A stretch of 63,783 nt of DNA, the filler included, from Octopus bimaculoides (lineage: Eukaryota): assembly GCF_001194135.2 (NCBI RefSeq). It is 7 parts of 5 records of this genome, joined end to end, with 100 filler letters (N's around TTAATTAATTAA, not from the genome) between each part and the next. Parts side by side here need not be neighbours in the genome. Positions count along the whole stretch, not along the records: positions 36,663 to 44,026 come from NC_068987.1; positions 44,127 to 48,971 come from NC_068990.1; positions 49,072 to 55,689 come from NC_068982.1; 4 more parts are not named here. One strand, written 5' to 3'. The notes beneath the pieces were generated by a model that saw only the letters and a program-made list of their open reading frames with translations, was not told the DNA's origin and did no database searches. Both the position numbers and the translations under genes were made by a program. This document shows, piece after piece, positions 40,055 to 52,451 of this stretch (its first letter is position 1; each line of letters starts with the position of its first letter).

Positions 40055-40925
40055 TTTTTTTTTTCGTTTCAGTCATTTGACTGCAGTCATGCTAGAGCAC
40101 CACCTTTAGTCGAACACATTGACCCCCAGGACTTATGCTTTGTAAACTTAGTACTTTATCAGTCTCTTTTGCTGAACCACTAGGTTACAGGTACATAAAC
40201 ACACCAACATCAGTTGCCAAGTGAGGAGGGATGGACAAACACACACACAAACATATATATATATATATACACGACAGGTTCCTTTCAGTTTCTGTCTACC
40301 AAATCCACTCACAAGGCTTTGGTTGGCCCAAGGCTACAGTAGAAGACTTTTGCCCAAGATGCCATGCAGTGTGGTAAGAAGTTTGCTTCCCAACCACATG
40401 GTTCCAGATTCAGTCCCACTGCGTGGCCCTTTGGGCAAATGTCTACTACTACTATCTCAGGCTGACTAAAGCTTTGCGAATGGATTTGGTGGACAGAAAC
40501 TGAAAGAAGTTGTGTNNNNNNNNNNNNNNNNNNNNNNNNNNNNNNNNNNNNNNNNNNNNNNNNNNNNNNNNNNNNNNNNNNNNNNNNNNNNNNNNNNNNN
40601 NNNNNNNNNNNNNNNNNNNNNNNNNNNNNNNNNNNNTGTGTGTGTGTGTGTGTGTGTGTGTGTATAGACCTTCTATTTATAAATGTTCTATATTATACAC
40701 AGCGTTGGGTGTCTTTGTCCCCCACCATCACTGCTTGACAACCGGTGTTGGTGTATTTACGTCCCCATAACTTAAAGGCTCAGTGAAAGAGACCAATAGA
40801 ATAAGTACTAGGCTTAAAAACGACAAAAGTTAAGTTCTGAGCCGATTTGTTCAACTAAGACTCTTCAAGCTGATGCTCAAGCATGGTCACAGTCAAATAA
40901 CTGAAGCAAGTAAAAGAATAAAAGA
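40055..40925. mobile_element. Two family A SINEs in opposite orientation
   Basis: Minus copy about 40055-40350; plus copy about 40365-40925 with a gap in its internal microsatellite. Confidence 0.75.
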
Positions 40926-41439
40926 ATTTCTCATTTTGGTGTAAGAAGAGTATTAGAATTGATTAAATTAACCCCAGTTCTTTATTAGCTCTAAAAAGGA
41001 TTTTAAATCAAAACATCAGAGAAAACATCTCCCTACTTTTTCACTACGTTTCCCATTTCCAAATTTGAGTCACTGGCGCGTTGACACATTTAACCTCCAG
41101 TTGCCTCCCAGCAATGTTTGCCTCTCCTTGGCATTGGCATTTTCTTGATTAATGAAAATTATCAGACTGACCTCTTTTAGTACATTAGTACTTACTTTGG
41201 TAATTACAGTAAGACATTGTTGCAGACTGTTATTCTTCCATTTCTGCTACTATACTACTAATAACGAAATGTATAACTGACACAATATATTCCAGTACAT
41301 AACTGATACTTTAATCAATCGTTTCTATAATCGTGACTGAAACAGTCAATCTCAGCAGAATTTAAGCTCAGAGCATTGAAAAATGAAACTAAAACTTCAT
41401 GTGTATGCAGTTAAATTTTACTATTGCTGCTGCTACAAC

Positions 41440-42441
41440 TATTAATAATAATAATCCTTTCTAAAATAAACAGAAGGCCTGATATTTTGAGGGAGGGGCC
41501 AGTCAATCACAACAACCCCAGTTTTCAAATGAGACTTTATTTTATTGAACTTTGTGGAATTCGAACTCCGAGCATAAAGAGCTGGAAGCAATGCTGCTAA
41601 GCGTTTTGTCCGACATACTGACAATTTCACCAACTTGATGCCTTGATAATAATAATAATAATAATAGTAATAATAATCCTTTCTACTATAGGCACAAGGC
41701 CTGAAATTTGGGGGAGCGGGTATAGTCGATTACATCAACCACAGTGTTTCACTGGTACTTAATTTAGCGACCCCACAAGGATGAAAGGCAAAGTCAACCT
41801 CAGTGGAATTTGAACTCAGAACGTCAAGGTGGATGAAATACTGTTAAGCATTTTACCCTGCATGCTAATGATTCTTCCAGCTGGCCACCTTTTTAAATCC
41901 CTTCTTCTATAGGCACAAGGTCTGAATTTTGTGGGGTGGGGAACAATCAATCACATCGACACTAGTACTCAATTGGTACTTGATTTATCGACCCTGAAAG
42001 GATGAAAGGCAAAGTCGACCTCAGCAGAATTTAAACTCAGAACATAGCCGCAGATGAAATGCTGCTAGACATTTCGCCTGGCATACTAACAATTCTGCTA
42101 GCTCACTGCCTCTTAATAATAACGGTTTCAAATTTCGGCACTAATCCAGCAATTTTAAGGAAGGGAGTAATTTGATAACATCAACCCCCAGTAATTAACT
42201 GGTACACATTCTATCGACCCCGGAAAGATAAAAGGCAAAGTCAACCTTGGTGAAATTTGAACTCGGAATATGAAGACTGATGAAATACCACTTAGCATTT
42301 TTGCCCAACATGCTAACAATTCTGCCAGCTCACCACATAAATAATAATAATAATAATAATAATAATAATCTAATTTAGGCTCAAGGCCAACAATTTTGAG
42401 AGAAGGGGATATAGTCAATTAGATTAACCCCAGTACTTGAC

Positions 42442-42445
<4 letters not shown>
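41440..42445 (-). mobile_element. Cluster of about 5 head-to-tail family C SINEs, mostly separated by (TAA)n
   Basis: Copies at about 41452-41645, 41675-41890, 41897-42112, 42125-42337 and 42370-42445, all minus strand. Confidence 0.85.
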
Positions 42446-42477
<32 letters not shown>

Positions 42478-43039
42478 TAATAATAATAATAATAATAGAA
42501 ATTAAGTAGCTCTGTCAAAGTTGACCTTTTCTTTTATGTGTTAGTCAACAGAGGCAAAGCAGTACCCATGACCTTTGCAGTCCTGCTTCTCTTTCTCTCT
42601 CTCTCTACCCCTGTGAGATTAGTGAGATTATTGTAGCCAATGCCAAGTCTAAACATCTTCAAGTCAATGCCTAAGGAAAAATGTGAGCAGTGTGTGCCAA
42701 AGTATATCTTTGTAATGTGTCCTTCCTTTTTCAAAATGGCATAATGTGATTTGAAAGAAATTTGAAGACTCTTTTCAATAAGTGAAATGATCATATAAAG
42801 GTTCTCTAAACTATTGTTTAACCCCAGGTTAGCCTCAATCCAGCTGACTTATGATCAAAAGCATTTGAACCATGATCATTTATCTGTAGTTACTTTTTGC
42901 AATGTATACTTTTTTTTTAATATAGCAGGCTACACTTTGGTAGAAATTTAGCTGTTACTTCTTGTAAGTCTAGTATCCATGTTGGCACACTAGTACCAAA
43001 TATTGGAAGCCATCTTAATTAATTTTACTCTCATAATAA

Positions 43040-43200
43040 AAAGGAGGAAGCGAGAGGAAGGCAGAGAATGAAGAAGTTCAACTGGATGAAGAAGAGATTG
43101 AACATGCAGAGTGAGAAACAGAAATAAATGGAGGAGGAACAAGCTATGATTTGTCGAAGGCATGAATACGCCATGGCACGTGAGAGATAATAAAAATAAC
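43040..43200 (+). mobile_element. RTE-type LINE 3' end remnant
   Basis: EARGRQRMKKFNWMKKRL...IRHGT*, matching the RTE-type ORF terminus pattern. Confidence 0.55.
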
Positions 43201-43539
43201 ATTGGACTTAAGAAAAACTTGTGTGCATATTTTTTCTTTAAACAGTCTTTTTATCATACTGTAGAAGTTTGACAGAACCAGTGGAGCAACAGAGTAATTG
43301 ACTTAGACTCTTTAGTCTTGATTTCTTATATTTTGGATTTTAATCCCAGTAGGGATCACCTTGTTTTTCATATCTTCTGCGATAATGACATAATTTCTAG
43401 GGAAATACACTATACCTTTTCCTTACAAAATTTATCTTACAGTACTTTAGTCCCTCCCCGTCTCTCTCTTCCTTTCTCCATCTCTCTCTCTCTCTCCCTT
43501 TCCCCATCTCTGACTCTCTCTCTCTTTCTTCATCTCTCT

Positions 43540-44026
43540 CTCTCTTCTTTGCCCCGTCTCTCTCTCTCTCTCTCTCTCTTCTTTGCCCTGTCTCTCTCTC
43601 TCTTCTTTGCCCTGTCTCTCTCTCTCTTCTTTGCCCTGTCTCTCTCTCTCTCTCTCTCTCTCTTCTTTGCCCTGTCTCTCTCTCTCTTCTTTGCCCTGTC
43701 TCTCTCTCTTCTTTGCCCTGTCTCTCTCTCTTCTTTGCCCTGTCTCTCTCTCTCTTCTTTGCCCTGTCTCTCTCTCTTCTTTGCCCTGTCTCTCTCTCTT
43801 CTTTGCCCTGTCTCTCTCTCTTCTTTGCCCTGTCTCTCTCTTCCTTACCCCATCTCTCTCTCTTCCTTACCCCATCTCTCTCTCTTCCTTGCCCCATCTC
43901 TCTCTCTTCCTTGTCCTGTCTCTCTCTCTCTTCCATGTCCCGTCTCTCTCTCTCTTCCATGTCCCGTCTCTCTCTCTCTTCCATGTCCCGTCTCTCTCTC
44001 TCTTCCATGTCCCGTCTCTCTCTCTC
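43540..44026. repeat. CT-rich minisatellite ((ct)n tctttgccctgt grading to (ct)n tccatgtcccgt)
   Basis: More than 15 tandem units; the unit variant changes along the array. Confidence 0.9.
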
Positions 44027-44350
44027 NNNNNNNNNNNNNNNNNNNNNNNNNNNNNNNNNNNNNNNNNNNNTTAATTAATTAANNNNNNNNNNNNNNNNNN
44101 NNNNNNNNNNNNNNNNNNNNNNNNNNATATATATATATATATATATATATATACAAACATACATACATATATACATATATACATACATACATACATACAT
44201 ACACACTTACATACTCACACATACATATATATTCATGTGCGTGTGTGTGTTTGTGCCTTTTTCGTTTCATTAACTCTTTGATGGCTTTCTGTGTGTATCC
44301 ATAAATAAAGTTTTACACACACCTTTATCCACACAGAAACATGTGTACGC

Positions 44351-44381
<31 letters not shown>

Positions 44382-44478
44382 ATTAGCCACAAACACGCGC
44401 ACACACGCCGCCCGCATACAATCTCTCTCGCACACGCACTCATACACACACATATATATTCTATTACTCTAAGTTCAG

Positions 44479-44543
44479 GTAGCGACGTGGATGAATTTTG
44501 GTCTACAACTCGTTATTGGCGTCAAAAAGTCAAAATGCATGAG
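44479..44543 (+). other. Candidate exon (65 bp) of an unidentified gene
   Basis: aagttcAG|GTAGCGAC...ATGCATGAG|GTGAGT has a consensus donor, two frames are open, and it follows a CpG-rich stretch with gccgcccgc. No homology recognised. Confidence 0.3.
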
Positions 44544-46004
44544 GTGAGTATGAGCTACATCCGTGAGACACCCGAAAGAATGCGTTAAATTGTGGGAAAT
44601 CTGGTTCAGTAAATTATATAACCAGGTTATTAAGTGTAAAAGCCAAATGTATGACATCATGTGACTCGTGGTAATAATAGGTGACTAAGAAGTTTACCCT
44701 TTAATACATTCGGTCGGAATTTGTATGTGTATATACGAGTGTGTATGGTTGTGTGCGAGTGCGTTTTACTGTCAATCGACATAGATCATGATGTTTCCCC
44801 CTATGTATATATGTATATATATATATATNNNNNNNNNNNNNNNNNNNNNNNNNNNNNNNNNNNNNNNNNNNNNNNNNNNNNNNNNNNNNNNNNNNNNNNN
44901 NNNNNNNNNNNNNNNNNNNNNNNNNNNNNNNNNNNNNNNNNNNNNNNNNNNNNNNNNNNNNNNNNNNNNNNNNNNNNNNNNNNNNNNNNNNNNNNNNNNN
45001 NNNNNNNNNNNNNNNNNNNNNNNNNNNNNNNNNNNNNNNNNNNNNNNNNNNNNNNNNNNNNNNNNNNNNNNNNNNNNNNNNNNNNNNNNNNNNNNNNNNN
45101 NNNNNNNNNNNNNNNNNNNNNNNNNNNNNNNNNNNNNNNNNNNNNNNNNNNNNNNNNNNNNNNNNNNNNNNNNNNNNNNNNNNNNNNNNNNNNNNNNNNN
45201 NNNNNNNNNNNNNNNNNNNNNNNNNNNNNNNNNNNNNNNNNNNNNNNNNNNNNNNNNNNNNNNNNNNNNNNNNNNNNNNNNNNNNNNNNNNNNNNNNNNN
45301 NNNNNNNNNNNNNNNNNNNNNNNNNNNNNNNNNNNNNNNNNNNNNNNNNNNNTATATATATGCTTGACAACCGATGCTGGTGTGTTTACGTCCCCGTAAC
45401 TTAGCGGTTCGGCAAAAGAAACCGATAGAGTAAGTACTAGGCTTACAAAGAATAAGTCCTGAAGTCGATTTCCTCGACTAAAGGCGGTGCTCCAGTATGG
45501 CCGCAGGCGAATGGCTGAAACAAGTAAAATTGTATAAGAGTATTACACAGGATAAAAGACAAGTAGAAAATATCATCGGGGGCCAGCGAGAATCAGGGCA
45601 GTTAACCCTTGCCATTTATGCACCAGTGTTTAAAACATACATCAAGATTGAAGCCTGTTCCTTAGCAATGTCATGTTTGTCTAGAAGTACTCCAAGAATA
45701 AAAGAAAAAAACGAAGATCAGTTAGTGTTTGGAGTACGGCATAAGGGGTTCAGGTTTGATGACACGTCATCATCTGAGATAGGTCGTTATATTAGCAGGA
45801 ATAATGTTGTGTGGCATATTTGGAGCGATCTCAGCGAGGAAATCCACTCTTAATTTATGCATCTGGAGTTTCGTTCAATGCATGGTGTAATAGTTAATCT
45901 CATAGAAGAAACAACGATGCAGTAAACATAATATTCGGTTAGGATCCAAATAATTGCATTCTTTGAAGTGTGCGAAGTTAGGACCTTTGACAAAGATGTT
46001 TCCT

Positions 46005-46381
46005 ACTCTTTTACTCTTTCATTTGTTTCAGTCGTTTGACTGTGGCCATGCTGGAGCACCGCCTTTTAGTCGAGAAAATCAACCTCAGGAATATTATTCT
46101 TTGTAAGTCTAGTACTTATTCTACCGTTCTGTTTTGCCGAACTGCATCGGTTGTCAAGCGATGTTGGGGGGACAAATACAGACACACAAACAGACATACA
46201 CACATATACATATATATACGACAGGCTTCTTTCAGTTTCCGTCCACCAAATCCATTCACAAGGCTTTAGTCGGCTCGAAGCTATAATAGAAGACACTTAC
46301 CCAAGGTGCCACGCAGTGGGACTGAACCCGGAACCATGTTGTTGGTGAGCAAGCTACTTACCACACAGCCACTCCTGCGCC
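46005..46381 (-). mobile_element. SINE family A, minus strand
   Basis: Near-consensus, CpG-retaining copy with a small internal deletion. Confidence 0.85.
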
Positions 46382-46764
46382 TATATGAAGTTTTTACATG
46401 ACACACTCTACGAAGTGCAATGAGCAAAAATATCACACAGCAAATTCGGTCAAGAATGAATCAGGTTTTATCTTTACTGTGTATCAATGCATTTGTGGGC
46501 ACTTTTTCTCAGACAGCTATTGCAATATGCTGATGGTCCAACCATATCACATGATTTTCATGATCTTCAACCAACTGTTGAATATATGTGTGAAAATTAG
46601 CTTGAATCTTCTTAGAGAAGAAACTCTTGAAATATGATGCAGTACCCTCATAGATGTTTCAGGAGACGAAAGAATATCTTGGAAATAGCATCCTCTAAGC
46701 AAATCCAGGAGGCGTTTTTTCATTATCTGAACCTGTAACAGCCTCTTTGGGCTACTATCTACAT

Positions 46765-47179
46765 CAGGGGATTTCAACAATTTTTTTATCCCTGGATCCT
46801 TTTGATACCTATTTTTTTCTCGTGGATCCCCATAGACATCTGCTGTTTAAAAACTAGTTTTATAAAAACTTCTTTCAAAATTCCTTTTTCTTTCCCCACA
46901 TTAAGTTGTTTAGGTTGAACGATATAGAATATTCTAAATAGAATATAGAATGTATAGAACACAGAGAAAGAACTTTGGCTATTTCTTGCAATATATACTA
47001 ATGCATACATCTAAAGCAAAATCTTTACTGGGGTTGTTAAAATATTTTTTTTAGATCCCCCTCAGGGGAATGGACCCTCAGGGGAATGGACCCTCAGGGG
47101 AATGGACCCTCAGGGGAATGGACCCTCAGGGGACGTATGGAGCCTCAGGGGTCGTATGGCCTCCGATTGAGAACCACTG
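46765..47179. mobile_element. hAT (Charlie-like) MITE
   Basis: Ends caggggatttcaac / gattgagaaccactg; 8-bp flanks atctacat / atctagaa (6/8), the latter matching the Charlie-type nTCTAGAn target. Internal 16-bp tandem repeat at 47059-47155. Confidence 0.8.
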
Positions 47180-47229
47180 ATCTAGAACCTCTAAGGATAT
47201 ATGGACAAGGGAATTTGTTCTCTCTATGT

Positions 47230-47716
47230 AGGTGCAGGTGTGGTTGGGTAGTAAGAAACTTGCCTCCGAACCACATGGTTCTAGTTTCAGTCCCGCTGCG
47301 TGGCTATTTAGACAAATGTCTTCTGCTAGAGCTCTGAGCCGATCACAGCTTTGTGAGTGGATTTAGTAGACGGAAATTGAAAGAAGCCCAACGAACATAT
47401 ATGAATATATCAATATATATGTGTATTTGTGTTTACGTTAGTCGATCATCACTACTTTGCAGCCGGTGTTGGTTCGCTTACGACCAGGTAACTTAACGGT
47501 TCGGCAAAATACTGAGAGAATAAATAGCAGGCTTTAAAATTAATAAGTAGTGAGGTCCACTTGCTCCAATAAATCCCTTCAAGGTGGTGTTCCAGCAACG
47601 TGGTGTTCCAGCAACGTGGTGTTCCAGCAACGTGGTGTTCCAGCAACGTGGTGTTCCAGCAACGTGGTGTTCCAGCAACGTGGTGTTCCAGCATGGCCAC
47701 AGTCTAATGCACCGAA
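47230..47716 (+). mobile_element. SINE family A with internal 16-bp tandem expansion
   Basis: Family A head and 3' half; (gtggtgttccagcaac) x6 at 47584-47679 precedes gtggtgttccagcatggcc. Confidence 0.85.
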
Positions 47717-47936
47717 GTATTCAACCGAACAGAAGTTAGTGTACTGTCGATGGTTAACAGTTTATCTGAGTTTCGTTAAAAGATGTTACTATTTGGGCTT
47801 AGGAACATCGATAACGTATTAAAGGTCCTCACAATTCCAAACGAACTGTAAGAAAATCATAAGTAAAAATAAACAAACAAATCAATAAGATATTCCTTAA
47901 ACACGGTCGTGTTTCCAATATAACACGTAGGACTGA

Positions 47937-47996
<60 letters not shown>

Positions 47997-49071
47997 TTGC
48001 GTGCGTGCGAGCTTGCTTAAGTGAATTTGTGTTTTTCTGTGTCTATATGTGCACATGTACTTGTAACTACGTTTATGATAGTGTATCTCTTCTGAGATTA
48101 AGTGAGACATCCGTGGATACATATGTTCGCTTGAACAAGAAAATATATTTTTTATAACGAGAACAGTAAAGGTTTCCTCTCACTTCTTAGTCTATTATTA
48201 TTCTCTTTTATTTCTTATTCCCATACATTCTTTTATTTTCTTCAATTTAATATTTTTTTTAATTTATTTTTATTGGAATTATCTTTTATTTTTTTTTTTG
48301 TTTTCGTTTTCTTTTTCTTTTTTGTTCACACTATGTTTATTTTCATTTATCAGAATATATATGTAGAACAATTTTTATTTGCACACTTGAATTTAACTTT
48401 AAGGTAAAAATTTCTCTTTAAAGAAACTATAACATCAAGAATAATTTTCTTCGGCTATTGATTATCTTAATATTTTCCCACAGACGCCAACGTCTGTTTT
48501 CCGTCACAAAAACAAAAACAAAACGAAAAAATAAAACAAAATAAGAAACGCAAACAAAAAATAAAACATAAAACAGAAAATAGAAAAAAATTGCTTGTAA
48601 ACAAGTGTTCTATGAACTTTGCCGCTCCAATAGAAAGGAAAAAGATTTTTTAAAAGTATTGTAAAGAAGGCTTTATGTTGTTGATTTGACATTTTCTTGT
48701 AAGAAATATTTGCATTCTTCTAGAAGAGAACAGGAGTCAAATGTCAGAGATACATACATATACATGTATATATATATTTGTTCATATATATATATATATG
48801 TATGTATGTATGTATACATACATATACATATATATACATATATATATATATAAATATATATGTAAATATATATAAATATATATATACATATATATATATA
48901 TGCATATATATATGTATATATAAACATATATATATAACGCGCACTCACATATATATATATATATATATATANNNNNNNNNNNNNNNNNNNNNNNNNNNNN
49001 NNNNNNNNNNNNNNNTTAATTAATTAANNNNNNNNNNNNNNNNNNNNNNNNNNNNNNNNNNNNNNNNNNNN

Positions 49072-49134
<63 letters not shown>

Positions 49135-49582
49135 CATATATTCATATATATTTATATATGTGTGTGTGCGTGTGTATGTGTGTGTGTGTGTGAGTATGAG
49201 TGTGCGTGCGTGTGTGTAGAGGGTTGAAAAGGAACACACGAGTTGATTATAAGGAAAATAAGACAATGTAGAAAATACTAAAATAATTTTAGCATGAAGA
49301 ACATTTTAGTACCAGTTTCAGTCTTTGCGACTTTTTCAACTTAGAGTAAAGCATGAAAAACAATTAAATTGTGGAAAAAGTAAGTGAAATGTTTTTTCTA
49401 AGATATTTACATAGTTTTCAAATGCAAGGGACATTTTCCTTTCTCTCTTTGTCTCTGTCTCTCTTTTTTACTCTTATGAGTTCTAGGTAATAGGTAGCCG
49501 GTAGTAGTAGTTTGATATGAATTCTTGTTTTTGATTAAGCAGCATAATAATAGAGAAAGGAGGCGGCGGTGGCGAAGACGAA

Positions 49583-49584
<2 letters not shown>

Positions 49585-49661
<77 letters not shown>

Positions 49662-49778
49662 AAGAAGAAGAAGAAGAAGAAGAAGAAGAAGAAGAAGAAG
49701 AAGAAGAAGAAGAAGAAGAAGAAGAATATGAAGAAGAAGAAGAAGAAGAAGAAGAAGAAGAAGAAGAAGAAGAAGAAG

Positions 49779-49810
<32 letters not shown>
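49585..49810. repeat. Compound (ATA)n(AGA)n microsatellite
   Basis: Directly visible. Confidence 0.95.
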
Positions 49811-51100
49811 CCTGTATATTTGTGCGTGTGCGTGTGAAGCGTATGTATATGAAGTGTATGCATCTGTATTTCTCTCACACACGCGCGCACGCACACACAC
49901 GCACACACATATAAACATATAAACGTTTGCGTGTATAAGGTCAGAAAGATATATTAGGATGATGTTTATATTGAACAATCTTAAGTACATACTTTTGCTC
50001 GGCTTAGTTATAGCACCTGTAGTAGTGGTAAGTTTTTTGTCTTTTTAAATGTATAGAATTGATTGAAAATAAAGAAATAACTTGTAACAGGTGTTTGGAT
50101 GGTGAGATTTATGCTGCAGATATATATATGATGTTTAACACAAATTCATTTTTATGTTATACTTGTATCTTACTGCAAGTTTGATTTTAATTTACTCCAC
50201 GTTTTTTCTATGATAAAATAATTTGAAGAATTTGTAGAATATTTCAAATATTTCTTAAATAATTTCCAGATTTTCTTTATGTTTAGATATCAACTCTTTT
50301 TTAAGTTAGGAAGCGTTTTGCTAAAACACCAGAAAAATTCATGAGGCTATCGAATATAAGTGAAACACTGTGCTATGATTTGTTTTTGGAAATGTATCTA
50401 CTTTTCCCTGATTAGAATATTTTCAAATAAACCTTGAATGATGACTCGATTTAGAGAATATTTTATCACCAAGATGTATTAGTCGCCTTAAACTGTGGAT
50501 GATTAGAGCATAGAGTCAACCTTTAAATAAAAATTATAAAAGAAATCTTCATGGAAATATACAAGGAAATCTTTTCGAACGGTATTTGACTTCGCTACAG
50601 ATGGATACAAACAATATAATTTTTTTTATAGTCGCCTATCTTTCGATGCATGTAAACACAGGGGGAGAAAGAGGGAGAAAGAGAGAAACAAACAGAGAGA
50701 GAGAGAGAGCGAAGTAATGGACTTGAGTTTAACGTGAAAATAGGTTGTTTTACTATTATTTTGGCATGGAAATCTAAGCAGTTTAAACACTCCTGTAGTT
50801 AATCTCATCATATTAGTAGTCGATATATGTTTTATTTAGCAAATCTGCTTGTTCTAAAACCACTCGTGCTCTTCTCATTGCTCACGCAGACACACACACA
50901 TACACACACACACACACGCACGCATACAGACAGACTCAGACACTTACACGCACACACATATATCGAGAGATAATGTAGAAAGTTAATTTGTATGTGTGTA
51001 TGCGAGTGAGTGTGTAGATACACACACATATAGTTATATGTACATATATACGTATATATGGATATATACATATACACACATATATATCTGCGTATATATG

Positions 51101-51132
<32 letters not shown>

Positions 51133-52278
51133 TGTATGTATGTATATATATATATATNNNNNNNNNNNNNNNNNNNNNNNNNNNNNNNNNNNNNNNNNNN
51201 NNNNNNNNNNNNNNNNNNNNNNNNNNNNNNNNNNNNNNNNNNNNNNNNNNNNNNNNNNNNNNNNNNNNNNNNNNNNNNNNNNNNNNNNNNNNNNNNNNNN
51301 NNNNNNNNNNNNNNNNNNNNNNNNNNNNNNNNNNNNNNNNNNNNNNNNNNNNNNNNNNNNNNNNNNNNNNNNNNNNNNNNNNNNNNNNNNNNNNNNNNNN
51401 NNNNNNNNNNNNNNNNNNNNNNNNNNNNNNNNNNNNNNNNNNNNNNNNNNNNNNNNNNNNNNNNNNNNNNNNNNNNNNNNNNNNNNNNNNNNNNNNNNNN
51501 NNNNNNNNNNNNNNNNNNNNNNNNNNNNNNNNNNNNNNNNNNNNNNNNNNNNNNNNNNNNNNNNNNNNNNNNNNNNNNNNNNNNNNNNNNNNNNNNNNNN
51601 NNNNNNNNNNNNNNNNNNNNNNNNNNNNNNNNNNNNNNNNNNNNNNNNNNNNNNNNNNNNNNNNNNNNNNNNNNNNNNNNNNNNNNNNNNNNNNNNNNNN
51701 NNNNNNNNNNNNNNNNNNNNNNNNNNNNNNNNNNNNNNNNNNNNNNNNNNNNNNNNNNNNNNNNNNNNNNNNNNNNNNNNNNNNNNNNNNNNNNNNNNNN
51801 NNNNNNNNNNNNNNNNNNNNNNNNNNNNNNNNNNNNNNNNNNNNNNNNNNNNNNNNNNNNNNNNNNNNNNNNNNNNNNNNNNNNNNNNNNNNNNNNNNNN
51901 NNNNNNNNNNNNNNNNNNNNNNNNNNNNNNNNNNNNNNNNNNNNNNNNNNNNNNNNNNNNNNNNNNNNNNNNNNNNNNNNNNNNNNNNNNNNNNNNNNNN
52001 NNNNNNNNNNNNNNNNNNNNNNNNNNNNNNNNNNNNNNNNNNNNNNNNNNNNNNNNNNNNNNNNNNNNNNNNNNNNNNNNNNNNNNNNNNNNNNNNNNNN
52101 NNNNTTCCTATGTGTTCGTTCCGTTGTCTGTAGTTTATTGTTCTAACGTCCTGTACCTTGATATGCATGTATATACACATGTAGATGTAAGTATGTACAT
52201 ATATGTGTGTATACATGTATATATATTCTTTGTATTATTACATTATTGAACGCACACGTCCTATTTTACAAGTAAGTC

Positions 52279-52315
<37 letters not shown>

Positions 52316-52406
52316 GGGATGGTCATGTTGCCACTTTAGCCAATGAAAACGCACGCACTCTATATTCGGTGTTCACTTAAGCTTTATTTCATATTAATTG
52401 TATTTC

Positions 52407-52451
52407 GGCCAGAGTTCTTTCGTCACACTTCTGTGACCTCAACACTGGTCC
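52407..52451 (-). ncRNA. Degenerate type I hammerhead-ribozyme-like motif (possible Penelope-type terminal repeat)
   Basis: Minus strand GGACCA-GUGUUGA-G-GUCACA-GAAG-UGUGAC-GAAA-GAA-CUC-UGGCC: a 6-bp stem II, GAAA, minimal stem III and CCA/UGG stem I. The core deviates from CUGAUGA at two positions. Confidence 0.35.

Noticed and set aside
45497-45853. 118-codon plus-strand ORF
   Set aside because: It starts inside a SINE and has no recognisable domain or splice support.
50936-52249. ORFs of 200-460 codons spanning N gaps (also 3671-4491, 22092-22720, 23274-24252, 38104-39255, 58383-59769)
   Set aside because: Their length is due to Ns.
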